A stretch of DNA of 63,062 bases, counting the filler, from Chiloscyllium plagiosum (taxonomy: Eukaryota), in assembly GCF_004010195.1 (NCBI RefSeq). It is 4 parts of one record of this genome, joined end to end, with 100 filler letters (N's around TTAATTAATTAA, not from the genome) between each part and the next. Parts side by side here need not be neighbours in the genome. Positions count along the whole stretch, not along the records: positions 1 to 29,064 come from NC_057713.1; 3 more parts are not named here. One strand, written 5' to 3'. Of this stretch, positions 1 to 11,387 are shown in pieces; the stretch's first letter is position 1; each line of letters starts with the position of its first letter. The position numbers were made by a program, and so were the translations under genes. The notes beneath the pieces were generated by a model, which was not told the DNA's origin, ran no database searches, and was given only the letters and a program-made list of their open reading frames with translations.

Positions 1-174
1 CATGGAATGTGCTGCCTGTGGGAGTGGTAGAGTCAGAATCTTTGGTGACCTTTAAGCGGCAATTGGATAGGTACATGGATGGGTGCTTAAGCTAGGACAA
101 ATGTTTGGCACAACATCGTGGGCCGAAGGGCCTGTTCTGTGCTGTATTGTTCTATGTTCTATGATCTATGTTCA
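1..174 (+). mobile_element. CR1/HER1-type LINE 3' end (young subfamily)
   Basis: WNVLP-coding tail, ggccgaagggcctgttctgtgctgta motif and (TTCTATG)n tail; near-identical to 29839-29960 and 62716-62880. Confidence 0.9.
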
Positions 175-1051
175 GGCTTTTGCTGCAGAGAACAGAGAGA
201 GCCCCTGATCTGGTGGAGGTCTGGTATTTCTTCACTATATTGTTCACCACAACAAGCTTTTCAGTTTTCTGAGAGGTAATCGAGTAATTGTTGGCAGGCA
301 GAAGGCCTTTGTCATCAATAACTGGTAAGTAGTCCAAAGACCAATCAAGCAATTGTTGCTAGCTGAATCCCCATTTGTACGTATATCTTAGCTCCAGCTC
401 ATTTGCAAATAACACTTCAGGTATTGTTGAAACAAGCAGCTATGTAAACAATGTGTGTCAGGTTTCTTGCTTTTAAAAGACATGGTCGTTATAACTGGAA
501 GAGAATGATTGAATTAAGAATCTTTCACAAACACATTTACACTTGCAAGGGAAATGGCAGTGTTTGGAGATAACTACATCACCTTAATCATATTTGGCAA
601 TTAGATGTCCAGTGCAGTTTCAAAGCAGCTTCTAAGTCAAACCTGTCAGTCTGTCATTGTTATGAGTGTTAGAATCATACTCATGGTGGCCGAGTGGAGT
701 TTGGGTTGGTGCAGTATACAGTGGCATCAGTGGCATCTGCATTAGCAAGGTCCAGCGAAAATTGATAGTGGCAAGGGCGAGATGGCACTGAAGAGTGGTG
801 ACTTCTGTTCAAATGGTGGAGCAGCGCAGCGCTGGCCCAGGGCAGAACAGTCAACTAGAAGCACTGCAAAGTTGAACACTATCTTTATTTCTTTGTGCTT
901 CTGCCCTTCTATTCTATGGTTTAGTTTATTTTCTGTATTTTAAGTTGGTTTCAGGCAGGCTTAACAGACAATCAATTTTTCAGTGTATAATTTCAGTTAC
1001 ATCACACTGTAAATTTTTGCTATAAATTCTGTGCGTTAGGATTGAGCCCTC

Positions 1052-1186
1052 AACTACCACCTGATGAAGGAGCAACGCTCCGAAAGCTAGTGTGCTTCCA
1101 ATTAAACCTGTTGGACTATAACCTGGTGTTGTGTGATTTTTAACTTTGTACACCCCAGTCCAACACTGGCATCTCCAAATCATGAC
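1052..1186 (+). mobile_element. Short PLE-derived terminal-repeat element (family A)
   Basis: Same sequence at 52484-52610, 52251-52331 (inverted) and 6383-6457 (partial); carries the hammerhead. Confidence 0.7.
1058..1092 (+). ncRNA. Minimal type-I hammerhead ribozyme motif, family A, intact core
   Basis: CAC-CUGAUGA-A-GGAGC(AAC)GCUCC-GAAA-GC-UA-GUG. Stem I CAC/GUG, 5-bp stem II, palindromic AGCU stem III, CUA cleavage triplet. Confidence 0.8.
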
Positions 1187-1994
1187 AGCTTTCGTCAGAG
1201 TAGTCAGAATGTGGAATTTTCTGCAACACACAGGAATTGAGGAAAATAGAATTAATATATTTAGGAGTATGCTGGTTCTGCACATGAGGGAAAAGGATGG
1301 TGGCCAGGTGCTTGAGTTAGATGAAGAAGGGCACAGGAGGCTGGAGGGCAACATAACCCCTGGCACACACCAGTTGGCAAAATGCCTTGTTTCTGTGCTG
1401 TGAATTTTGTGTAATTCAATATTCTTCCTGGTTTCTGCGATAACACTCTACTTTCAACAGATAGACAGCAAAGCTGCATAAGGGAGTGTCTTTTCACTTT
1501 TGTTTCCAGAATGTAATTAGAACAGTTTTTTTTTCACTGTCTGTGCAAAGACCTCTTACGAGATTACTTAAAAGTTATTTGTTATCCTTTCACAGCTCAG
1601 CACCCACTCGCCAGGCCCTTACAAAGCAGATCATTTGATTCAGCACATACAAACTATTCCAAAAAGCTGCTGATTGCATTGATGACATGGAAAAAATGGT
1701 TTTGAGGGGAAACAGTGCTGAAGGTTGCCAGGTAAATAACAGGAGAGATTCAGCGAGGGTGAAAAAGGGAAACTTTGAGAAACTATGGCAGAGGTCAACG
1801 GAGAAAAGTGGGACAACTTGTGACAGAGTCAGAAAGAACACAAGTCAGAACGGAAACTTAACATGGAACCAGGAAAATACTCAAGTGCTGTAGTTGGTGT
1901 AGATTGCTGGCTAATAGTCTTTCAGAGATCAAGTTTCTAAGAAGGCATCCTTGAACCCAAGGTAAGGGAAGGAAAATAGAGTTCCATATGTGTA

Positions 1995-2755
1995 AGTGTG
2001 AGTTGCTGCATTTTGGAAGGTCAAATGTTAATGAAGTAGACAGTTAATGGCAGACCCTGAACAGCATTGATGTAGAGGGACCTTGGGGTTCAAGTTTATA
2101 ACTCCCTGGAATTGGCCACTCAAGTTGATAGGGTGTTAAAGAAGGGTATGACATTTTTGCCTTTATTGGTCAGGGACATCTAGTACAAGAGTCAGAATGT
2201 CATTCATTTTGCAGCTTTGTAAGATTTTAGATAGTACACACTTTGAGTACTACATTCAATTCTGGTCGCCACATTACAGAAAGGATGTGAAGGCTATGGA
2301 GAGGGTATACAAGATATTTACCAAGATGCTGCCTGGATTAGAGGATATGAGCTAGAGGCTAGAAAACTTGGGTTGTTTTCTCTGGAGCAGCAAAGGCTGA
2401 GAGGAGACTTGATAGAAGTCTATACAATTATGAAATGTAGAGATAGCCTTGGTGATGCGAATCTTTTTCCCTAAGTTGAAATGTATCATACTAGGGGGCA
2501 TACATTGAAAGTGGGAGGGGAAAGTTTAAAGTAGATATGAGGGGCAAGTTTTTTACTTGGAAGAGTGGTAGGAGTCTGAAAAGTGCTGTCAGGGGTGATG
2601 GAGGAGACAAATACGATAGGGGTATTTAAAGTACTTCCAGATAAGTTCATGAATATGCAAGAAATGTAAGATATGGCCCAAGTGCAGGCAGAAGTGATTA
2701 GTTTAATTTGGTGTCATGTTCAGCACAATATAGGATCCATTGCTGTGCTGCACTG
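1995..2755 (+). mobile_element. Degenerate 5'-truncated CR1 LINE
   Basis: Eroded RT C-terminus (HFGRSN, EYYIQFWSPHYRKDV, RMLPGL) and CR1 tail. Confidence 0.85.
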
Positions 2756-2984
2756 TTGTTTGTTTTAAGGCAAACCGGAAGGATACATGAGAGTAGACCT
2801 CAATCAGAGAATCCAGAGGGGAGGAGCGCAACAAAAAAATGTGAAAATACAACAAAAGTGAGATTAGCAGAAGGGAAACAGCTGACAAGGGAGTCAAGCT
2901 TGTGATATTTTTATTCATATCAAATTAAGGACAGATCCTAAGCAACTATCTAATATGTTTATAACTGGAAATGGTAGGGCATTA

Positions 2985-3310
2985 TGATGATCTGATTGGA
3001 CTGGCAATCCAGAAGCCCATGGGTTCAAATCTTCTCACAACAAATGATGGAATTAAATTCAATTAATAAATCTGGAAGTAAAAGTTATTGTCAGTGACAG
3101 TGACCGTGAAACTATCATTAATTGTCATTAAAAAACCCTTTTGGTTCACCCATCTGGCTGCTGTCCTTTACCCAGTCAGGTGACTTCAGAGACTCTGCAG
3201 TGTGTCTTAACTTGTCTTTGAAATAGCCTGGCAACCCATTCAGTTCAAGGGCAATTAGGCAAGGCAACAAATGTTGGACTTGGCAGCAATATTTGCATCC
3301 AATTAAAGGG
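2985..3310 (+). mobile_element. tRNA-headed SINE, family 2 (old)
   Basis: B-box-like gggttcaaatc; homologous to 16380-16652 (-) and 45575-45830 (+); 3' tail resembles the LINE tail at 34150-34350. Confidence 0.6.
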
Positions 3311-3410
3311 AAACAAAAATCAGTAGTAGTCTAATCAATAGACATATTTATGACTTTTTCAGTGTAAGTCAATGTGTAGAAAAGAAAATAACAAGATTGC
3401 TAATAAGAAA

Positions 3411-3554
3411 CATGAAAATTGAGACTTTTCATCTTGTACTCATCAGCACTGAACCACAAGAAAATCAAACTCAGAAAGGACACCCACTTTCTGAATTTGG
3501 TTTTTCTTGTAGTTTAACCCTGATGAGTCCAAGATGAAAAGCTTGAACTTCATG
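3411..3554. repeat. Fold-back element with about 68-bp arms, each arm containing a hammerhead-like core (family D)
   Basis: cttttcatcttgtactcatcag...tcagaaag, loop gacaccca, then ctttctga...ctgatgagtccaagatgaaaag. Confidence 0.8.
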
Positions 3555-3904
3555 ATTTTTTTTAAATCAATGTTTAAATTCTATATTCCAAGCAATTCTA
3601 AGAAGTAAGTACAAATAGTATATTGTCAGCTAATGAGTGAAATTATGAAAAATAACATCTAATATTTGGAAAAGAGGCTAATGTGATGCAGATTTAATGT
3701 GTACTCCAAATGCTAAGAGCTGTACTTGCCAAAAGGAATAACCATTATCAAAAGAGACCCCATTATACTCAAAAGAGGAAAGAAGTGATAGAAATACAAA
3801 AAAAAGGACTACAGATTGTAAAGTTACAAAGAACAGCAAAGGGGGACAAAGCATGAAAAAGTGAATGTGAAATGTTGACCTCATTGACTATCAGGTTTTT
3901 GATT

Positions 3905-4075
3905 GGCATTGTTAACTTGGGCCAGTCAGGAAAGCCCTGGCTGACCAACATGACCAGGGGATCAGAATCTCCTTAGCTCAGGCGACTTACTCCGAGCTGG
4001 CTGGCCACAGCCAGTGTACTGATGCACCAATAAAATAAAGGCTGACTTAGTGACAGAACCCGGCCTTTGTGTTCT
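3905..4075 (+). mobile_element. Solo LTR fragment of the Gypsy family seen at 7130-8900
   Basis: ccaggggatcagaatctcc...gagctggctggccacagccagtgtact...aataaagg; homologous to 7130-7260, 13985-14111, 15336-15425 and 16224-16350. Confidence 0.65.
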
Positions 4076-4189
4076 TCCGCCATCTGTAGGCCAACAGTTC
4101 TGTGTGTAAACTGAAAGCTCCATGTGTAGACTGAGGATGTTCCTTTTTTGTAAGCCAAAAATGTTCCATATGTGGGCCAAAGATTTTTT

Positions 4190-6710
4190 TCATAGTAATA
4201 GAAGCAGGAGTAGGCCATTTGGCCCAGCGAGCCTGCTCTGCCATTCATTATGATCATGGCTGATCTATCCAGCATTTCAGATCCTCCTACCTGCATTAAT
4301 TCCCCTACCATGCAAAAATGCATCTACTGTGTCTTGAATAGATTTAATGAAGCTGCCTCTCCTGCTTCCTTAGGCAGAGGATTCCATAGATTCACTACTC
4401 CTGGGAAAAGCAGTTCTTCCTCATCTCTGTCCTAAATCTACTCCCTCTAATCTTGAGGCCATGTCCCCTAGTCCTAGCCGTACCCACCAGTGGAAACAGT
4501 CTGCCTCTGTCTTATCTATCCCTTTCATAATTTTATGTGTCTTAATAGGATCCCTTCTCATTCTTCTAAATTCGAGCGAGTACAGTCCCAGTCAGCTCAA
4601 CCTCTCCTCACAGGGTAACCCCCTCATCTCCGGAATCAATCTGGTGAACCTCCTCTGCATCGCCTCCAAAGCCAGTATATCCTTCCTCAAGTCAGGAGGT
4701 CACAACTATGCACAATACTCCAGGTGCAACCTTACCAACACCTTGTACAATTGCAGCAGAATTAGTGAGCAAAATTAGGGCGCATGGTATTTAGTGAGCA
4801 AACTTAGGGCGCATGGTATTGGGGGCAAAGTACTAACTTGGATTGAAAGTTGGTTGGCTGACAGGAAACAAAGAGTAATGATAAACAGCTCCATTTCGGA
4901 ATGGCAGGTACCAGTGGGGTACCGCAGGGATCAGTGCTGGGACCGCAGCTTTTTACAATATATATTAATGATATAGAAGATGGTATTAGTAATAACATTA
5001 GCAAATTTGCTGATGATACTAAACTGGGTGGCAGGGTGAAATGTGAGGAGGATGTTAGGAGATTACAGGGTGACCTGGACAGGTTAGGTGAGTGGTCAGA
5101 TGCATGGCAGATGCAGTTTAATGTGGATAAACGTATGGTTATCCACTTTGGTGGCAAGAATAGGAAGGCAGATTACTACCTAAATGGAATCAATTTAGGT
5201 AAAGAGGCAGTACAAAGAGATCTGGGTGTTCTTGTACACCAGTCAATGAAGGTAAGCATGCAGGTACAGCAGGTAGTGAACAAGGCTAATAGCATGCTGG
5301 CCTTCATAACAAGAGGGATTGGGTAGAGAAGCAAAGAGGTTCTTCTGCAGCTGTTCAGGGCCTGGTGAGACCACGCCTGGAGTACTATGTGCAGTTCTGG
5401 TCTCCAAATTTGAGGAAAGACATTCTGGCTATTGAGAGAGTGCAGCATAGGTTCACGAGGTCAATTCCTGGAATGGCGGGACTACTTTACGCTGAAAGAC
5501 CGAAGCGACTGGGCTTGTATACCCTTGAGTTTAGAAGACTGAGAGGGTATCTGATTGAGACATATAAGATTATTAAAGGATTGGACACTCTGGAGTCAGG
5601 AAACATGTTTCCGCTGATGGGTAAGTGCTGAACCAGAGACAGAGCTTAAAAATACGGGGTAGACCATTTAGGACAGAGATGAGGAGAAACTTCTTCACCC
5701 AGAGAGTGGTGGCTGTGTGGAATGCTCTGCCCCAGAGGGCAGTGGAGGCCCAGTCTCTGGATTCATTTAAGAAAGAGATTGTTATGGGCGCAGCGTAACA
5801 AGATTCGCTTGACACTCCAACCCTTAAGTTTGCACAAGACCTCAGCCAGACTGGAGAACTGTTGCAGATTAAGGGTATGACTTCAGTTCCAGTCTCCAGA
5901 GTTATGGAGATAAGGCAGGAACAGGATACTGATTAAGGATATCAGCCATGATCATATTGAATGGTGGTACAGGCTCGAAGGGCAGAATGGCCTACTCCTG
6001 CACTTATTGTCTAACCTTCCTGCTCTTAAATTCAATCCTTCTAGCAATGAAAGTCAATATTCCGATTTCCTTCCTGATTACCTGTTGCACCTGCAAATCA
6101 ACTTTTACCAATATTGTACTCCATCTGCCAGATGCTTGCCCACTCACTTAGCCTATCTAAATCTCTCTGCAGATTCTCCACATCCTCTGCACTGTTTGCC
6201 TTTCCACTCAATTTAGTGTGATCAGCAAAGGATATGTTACACTCAACCTTCTCTTCCAAGTTATTTATGTATATAAAATGGACAGTTATAGGACTAACAC
6301 TGACCTCTGCGGCATGCCACTCATTCCTGATCTCCAACCGGAAAAACACCTATTTATCCCAACTGTCTGCTTTCTATTGGTTAAAGTTAAAAATCACACA
6401 ACACCCGTTTAATTTTAACTTTGTCCATCCCAGTCCAACACCCGCTCCTCCACATCTTCTTGGCTTCTATTGATTAATCAGTCCTCTATCCATGCTAGTA
6501 TGTTCCCTGCAACTCTATGTATTCTTATCTTATGTATGTGTCTTTTATGTGGCACCTTATTGAACGCCTTCTGGAAATCCCCGTATACAACATCTACTTG
6601 TTCCCCTCCATCCACCTGGCTTGTTACAACCTCAAAGAACTCCAGTAAGTTTGTCAAACACAATTTTCCCTTCCTGAATCCATGCTGCATCTGCCTGATG
6701 GAAAGATGTT
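4190..6710 (-). mobile_element. Older CR1 LINE interrupted by a younger opposite-strand CR1
   Basis: 3' end at about 4190-4760, resuming at about 6013 with RT motifs (SFADHTKL; QHGFRKGKLCLTNLLEFFE, DFQKAFNKVPH). Confidence 0.85.
4762..6012 (+). mobile_element. 5'-truncated CR1 LINE (RT domain to 3' tail)
   Basis: ORF 4901-5326 has [19 protein letters not shown] and SKFADDTKL; 29-bp tandem duplication at its 5' junction (4762-4820). Confidence 0.92.
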
Positions 6711-6801
6711 CCACTATCCGGAAGATGTTCCATGTGTGGGTCGAAGATGCTCAGTGTACATGGGCCAGAGATGCTCAGTGTGAAAGAAAATAATATATGT
6801 A

Positions 6802-7110
6802 CGGGCAGCAGGGTGGCTCAGTGGTCAGCACTGCTGCCTCACAGCACCAAGGCCCCAGGTTCAATTCCAGCCTTGGGCAACTGACTGTGTGGAGTTTGCA
6901 CATTCTCCCCATGTCTGCGTGGGTTTCCTCCGGGAGCTCTGGTATCTTCCCACAGCCCAAAGATGTGCAGGTCAGGTGAATTGGCCATGCTAAATTGTCC
7001 ATAGTGTTAGGTGCATTAGTCAGAGGGAAATGTGTCTGGGTGGGTTACTCTTCGGAGGGTCGGTGTGGACTTGTTGTGCCGAAGGGCTTGTTTCCACACT
7101 GTAGGGAATC
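6802..7110 (+). mobile_element. HE1-type (V-SINE) SINE
   Basis: A-box tggctcagtgg, B-box ggttcaattcc, core tgtgtggagtttgcacattctcccc, CR1-like tail. Confidence 0.9.
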
Positions 7111-7129
7111 TAGAATCTGGAATATATAA

Positions 7130-8900
7130 TCAGGAAATCAGAATCTCCTCAGTTCAGGTGACTGACTCTGAGCTGGCTGGGCACAGCTAGTTTACTAAAG
7201 CACTAGTTTTAAAAATGGGTGACTTGGTGACAGGATCCCATCCTCTGTGCAGTTATTTAAGTGGCAATTAACAAAAACAGGACATGCCTGAAGAACATTT
7301 GCATGTAACGGTCATCTTTGAGTTGGGGTAAGTATTTCTGGCATCATGCCTTTATTTGGGAAGTTTGCCTTATTTGATTCTGCTGTTGAAGTCTGGGCCC
7401 AGTATGTGGAAAGAATGCAATATTTTTTTCTGGGTAAATGACGTCAGGGCAGAAGAATAGCAACGAGTAATCATTCTAACAGCTTGCAGACCCACAACAT
7501 TTTCAGTTATAAGGGGCTTAAATTTCTCAGAGGCATGAGACACTGAAACCTCACAAGAGTTGATGGAATATTTAGCACTGCTGCCTCACAGCGCCAGAGA
7601 CCCGGGTTCAATTCCCGACTCAGGCGACTGACTGTGTGGAGTTTGCACATTCTCCCCGTGTCTGCGTGGGTTTCCTCCGGGTGCTCCGGTTTCCTCCCAC
7701 AGTCACAAAGATGTGCAGGTCAGGTGATTTGACCATGCTAAATTGCCCGTAGTGTTAGGTTAAAGGGGTAAATGTAGGGGTATGGGTGGGTTGCGCTTCG
7801 GCGGGTCGGTGTGGACTTGTTGGGCCGAAGGGCCTGTTTCCACACTGTAAGTAATCTAATCTAATCTAATCTAATCTAATCTAATTTTGAGATGCTATCG
7901 GTTTTATTTGGCTGTTATAGACCAGGGGGAATCCATACTGAGAATTTTCACAAGGTTGAGATGACTGGCAGAGGCATGTGATTTGGGCTCATTCTGAATT
8001 AGATGCTGAGAGACTGTTTGGCATGTAGGATTAATTACATAACCGTGCAGAAGCCCCTACTAGCTGAAGCCAACTAGATTTCAAATAGGCACTACAATTG
8101 GTGGAGTAATTAGAAAATGCAGCAAGTGGAGCCTGGGAGCGATAGGACAACCCAATGGAAGTGGACTCCCTCACCTCTCCGACTGACATTGGGAACATGA
8201 TTTAAGTGTAGGCAATCATAGAGCCCCATGCAGGGCATATCCTGAGCAGAGGGAGCCTAGGCCAGCCCACAGAAGTACTCCACAACAAAGCCAAGCCTCA
8301 GCCAAGTGGCTAAAATGTTCTTCAGGGTCTGGGCCAGCAAGCTATTGTAGTTGCTACTGCTGTGTAGACTCGAGACAGCAAAGGAATCCTTCAATGCCTG
8401 ACTTGAGTAAGAAAACTCATACACCTGTACCCAGGAGAGTGCACACCCTGGAAAGTCCCCCTACATGTGGGTTGGAACGATTAAATTGTTTAGTGACATC
8501 CAAATCCGAACCAATTAAAGTTAATGTTTGGTTAAATGGTCACACAGTTTCTGTGGAGATTGTTATGGGCGCAGCGTAACAAGATTCGCTTGACACTCCA
8601 ACCCTTAAGTTTGCACAAGACCTCAGCCAGACTGGAGAACTGTTGCAGATTAAGGGTATGACTTCGGTTCCAGTCTCCTATGAGAAACAGTTGGTGCAGT
8701 CATTGATGGTCGTAAAAGGCTTGGTCCCAAACAATCGGGGCAGAATTGGTTGAGAAAGATTCACCTGGATTGGTTCACCATGTTTCAATTCCGTAATGGC
8801 TGGCCTCGCTGAGGTGCTAATGAAATACGCTGATAAGCTTGGGCTTATCAAAGGTGCCAAAGTCACTTTACGTGTTGACCAGGAAGCAATTCCGAGGCTT
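7130..8900 (+). mobile_element. Degenerate Gypsy LTR retrotransposon (LTR 3' part, gag, protease)
   Basis: LTR end followed by gtggc (PBS-like); gag start MPLFGKFALFDSAVEVWAQYVERMQYFF at about 7346; eroded protease EPIKVNVWLNGHTVSVEIVMGAA (DTGA position); LGLIKGAKVTLRVDQEAIPR linker. Confidence 0.75.
7573..7885 (+). mobile_element. Young HE1 SINE with (TAATC)n tail, nested in the Gypsy
   Basis: CpG-rich HE1 body, near-identical to 27510-27818 and 37261-37578. Confidence 0.92.
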
Positions 8901-11127
8901 GTCAAATGTGGGAGTTTAGGGAGAGTTTACATGTTACTGAGGATTATATCTGCAATAAATGCCATTGGTTGCAAATCTCATCAGATTGAATTGAATGTTG
9001 GAGCAACAGTTAGAAGCAATGAGGAATTTACAAGAGCAAGGGGGTGTAATGGATGGCAGTTACAGGAAGGGAGAAAAGTTGCAGACACAGTCACATGGAT
9101 GGGTTAATTGAAGAAAAGTTAAGAGTGGTAGGCAGGGAGTTCAGGAATCGTCTGTGGCTATCCCCATTTCAAACAAGTATGCTGCTTTGTTAAATAGAGG
9201 GGAGTGATGGATTCGCAGGGTAACGTAGCACAAACAGCCAAGTTTCTGGTATTGAGACAGGCTCTAATTCAATGAGGAATACATCGGTTTCTAAGAGATC
9301 GATTATATTAGGGGACTCTCTAGTCCGAGGTAAAGACAAATGTTTCTGTGGCCAGCAGCAAATAAAAGAATGGTGTGTTGCTTCCCTGGTCCCAGGATCA
9401 AGGATGTCTCAGAGAGGATGCAGAATGTTCTCAATGGGGAGGGGGCCAAGCAGGAGGTCATTGTATACATTGGAACCAATGACATAGGAAGGAAAAAGGT
9501 TGAGATTCTGAAGGGAGATTACAGAGAGTTAGGCAGGAATTTAAAAAGGAGGTCCTCAAGAGTAGTAATATCTGAATTACTCCTGGTGCTACGAGCTAGT
9601 GAGGGTAGGAATAGGAGGATAGGGCAGATGAATGCATGGCTGAGGAGTTGGTGTATGGGAGAAGGATTCACATTTTTGGATCATTGGAATCTCTTTTGGG
9701 GTAGAAGTGATCTGTACAAGAAGGACAGAATTTCACCGAAATTGGAAGGGAACTAATATACTGGCAATGAGATTTTCTAGAGCTGCTCGGGATGATTTAA
9801 ACTAGTAAGGTGAGTGGTGAGAACCAGGGAGATAGTGAGGAAAGGGATCAATCTGAGACAGGTAGCATTGAGAAAAGAAGTGAGTCAAGCAGTCAGGGCA
9901 GGCAGGGACAAAGCAGAGAACAAGGTAGGACTGATAAATTAAACAGAACATAGAAATGTAGAGCACAGAACAGGCCAAGGATTATTTCTAATATAAATAA
10001 AATAACCTAACCTATACACCCCTCTATTCACTGCTGTCCATGTGCACGTCCAGTAGTCACGAAAATGTCCTTAATGACTCTGCTTCCACCACCACCGCTG
10101 GCAACGCATTCCATGCATTCACAACTCTCTGCATAAAGAACCTACCTCTGACGTCTCCTCTATACCTTTTCCTAATATCTTCAAACTGTGACCCCTCATG
10201 CCAGTCTCTCCTGCCCTGGGGATAGCTCTCTGGCTATTGACTCTATCTATGCCTCTCATTACCTTGTATACCTCGATCAGATCACCTCTCTTCCTCCTTC
10301 CCTTCAGAGAGAAAAGTCCGAGCTTAGTCAACCTCTCTTTGTAAGACAAGCCCTCCCGTCCAGGCAGCATCCTAGTAAACCTTATTTGCACCCTCTCCAA
10401 AGCCTCTGTATCTTTCCTATAAAAGGGCGACCAGAACTGGACACAATATTCTAAGTGTGGTCTCACTAGGGTCTTGTAGAGCTGCAACAAAATCTTGCAG
10501 CTCTTAAACTCAATCACCCTGTTAATGAAAGCCAAAGCACCATATGCTTTCTTAACAACTCTATTCACTTGGGTGGCAACTTTAAGGGATCTATGCACTT
10601 GAACACCAAGATCCTTCTGTTCCTCTACACTGCCAAGAATCCTGTCTTTAATCCTGTATTCAGCGTTCAAGTTTGACCTTCCAAAATGCATCACTTTGCA
10701 TTTATCGAGATTGAACTCCATCTGCCATTTCTCAGCCCAGCTCTGCATCCTGTCTATGTCGTGTTGCAGCCTGCAATAGCCCTCGATACTATCAATGGCA
10801 CCTACAACCTTTGTGTCATTGGCAAATTTACTAACCCACCCTTCAACCTCCTCATTCAAGTCATTTGTAAAAACTACGAAGAGCAGAAGCCCAAGAACAT
10901 AGCCCTGCGGGACACCACTCAACACTGACCTCCAAGAAAAATACTTTTCATCTACAACCACTGTCTTCTGTCAGCCTCCTGACTTTGTGAATGAGCCTAC
11001 CATTGGGAACATTATCAAATGCCTTGCTGAAGTCCAGAAACACCACATCCGCTGTTCGACTTTCGTTGACCTGCCTTGTCACCTCCTCAAAGAACTCAAT
11101 AAGATTTGTGAGGCATGATCTCACAAA

Positions 11128-11387
11128 CTTTGAAAAATGTGTTGCTGGAAAAGCGCAGCAGGTCAGGCAGCATCCAAGGAGCAGGAGAATCGACGTTTCG
11201 GGCATAAGCCCTTCTTCAGGAATGAGGAGGGTGTGCCAAGCAGGTTAAGATAAAAGGTGGGAGGAGGGACTTGGGGGAGGGGCGTTGGGAATGCGATAGG
11301 TGGAAGGAGGTTAAGGTGAGGGTGATAGGCCGAGAGGGGGTGAGGTCGGAGAGGTCGGGAAGAAGATTGCAGGTCAAGAAGGCGGAC
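11128..11387 (-). mobile_element. PLE (Neptune-type) 3' terminal fragment nested in a CR1
   Basis: Homologous to 46090-46362; flanked by a ctcacaaa direct repeat (11120-11127 and 11388-11395). Confidence 0.75.
11187..11224 (-). ncRNA. Minimal hammerhead motif, family B, intact core
   Basis: Minus strand CAUUC-CUGAAGA-A-GGGC(UUAU)GCCC-GAAAC-GUC-GAUUC; stem I has one U-U mismatch. Confidence 0.72.

Noticed and set aside
152..352. Protein-looking minus-strand ORF
   Set aside because: In-frame stop just upstream, no convincing splice sites, no recognisable homology.
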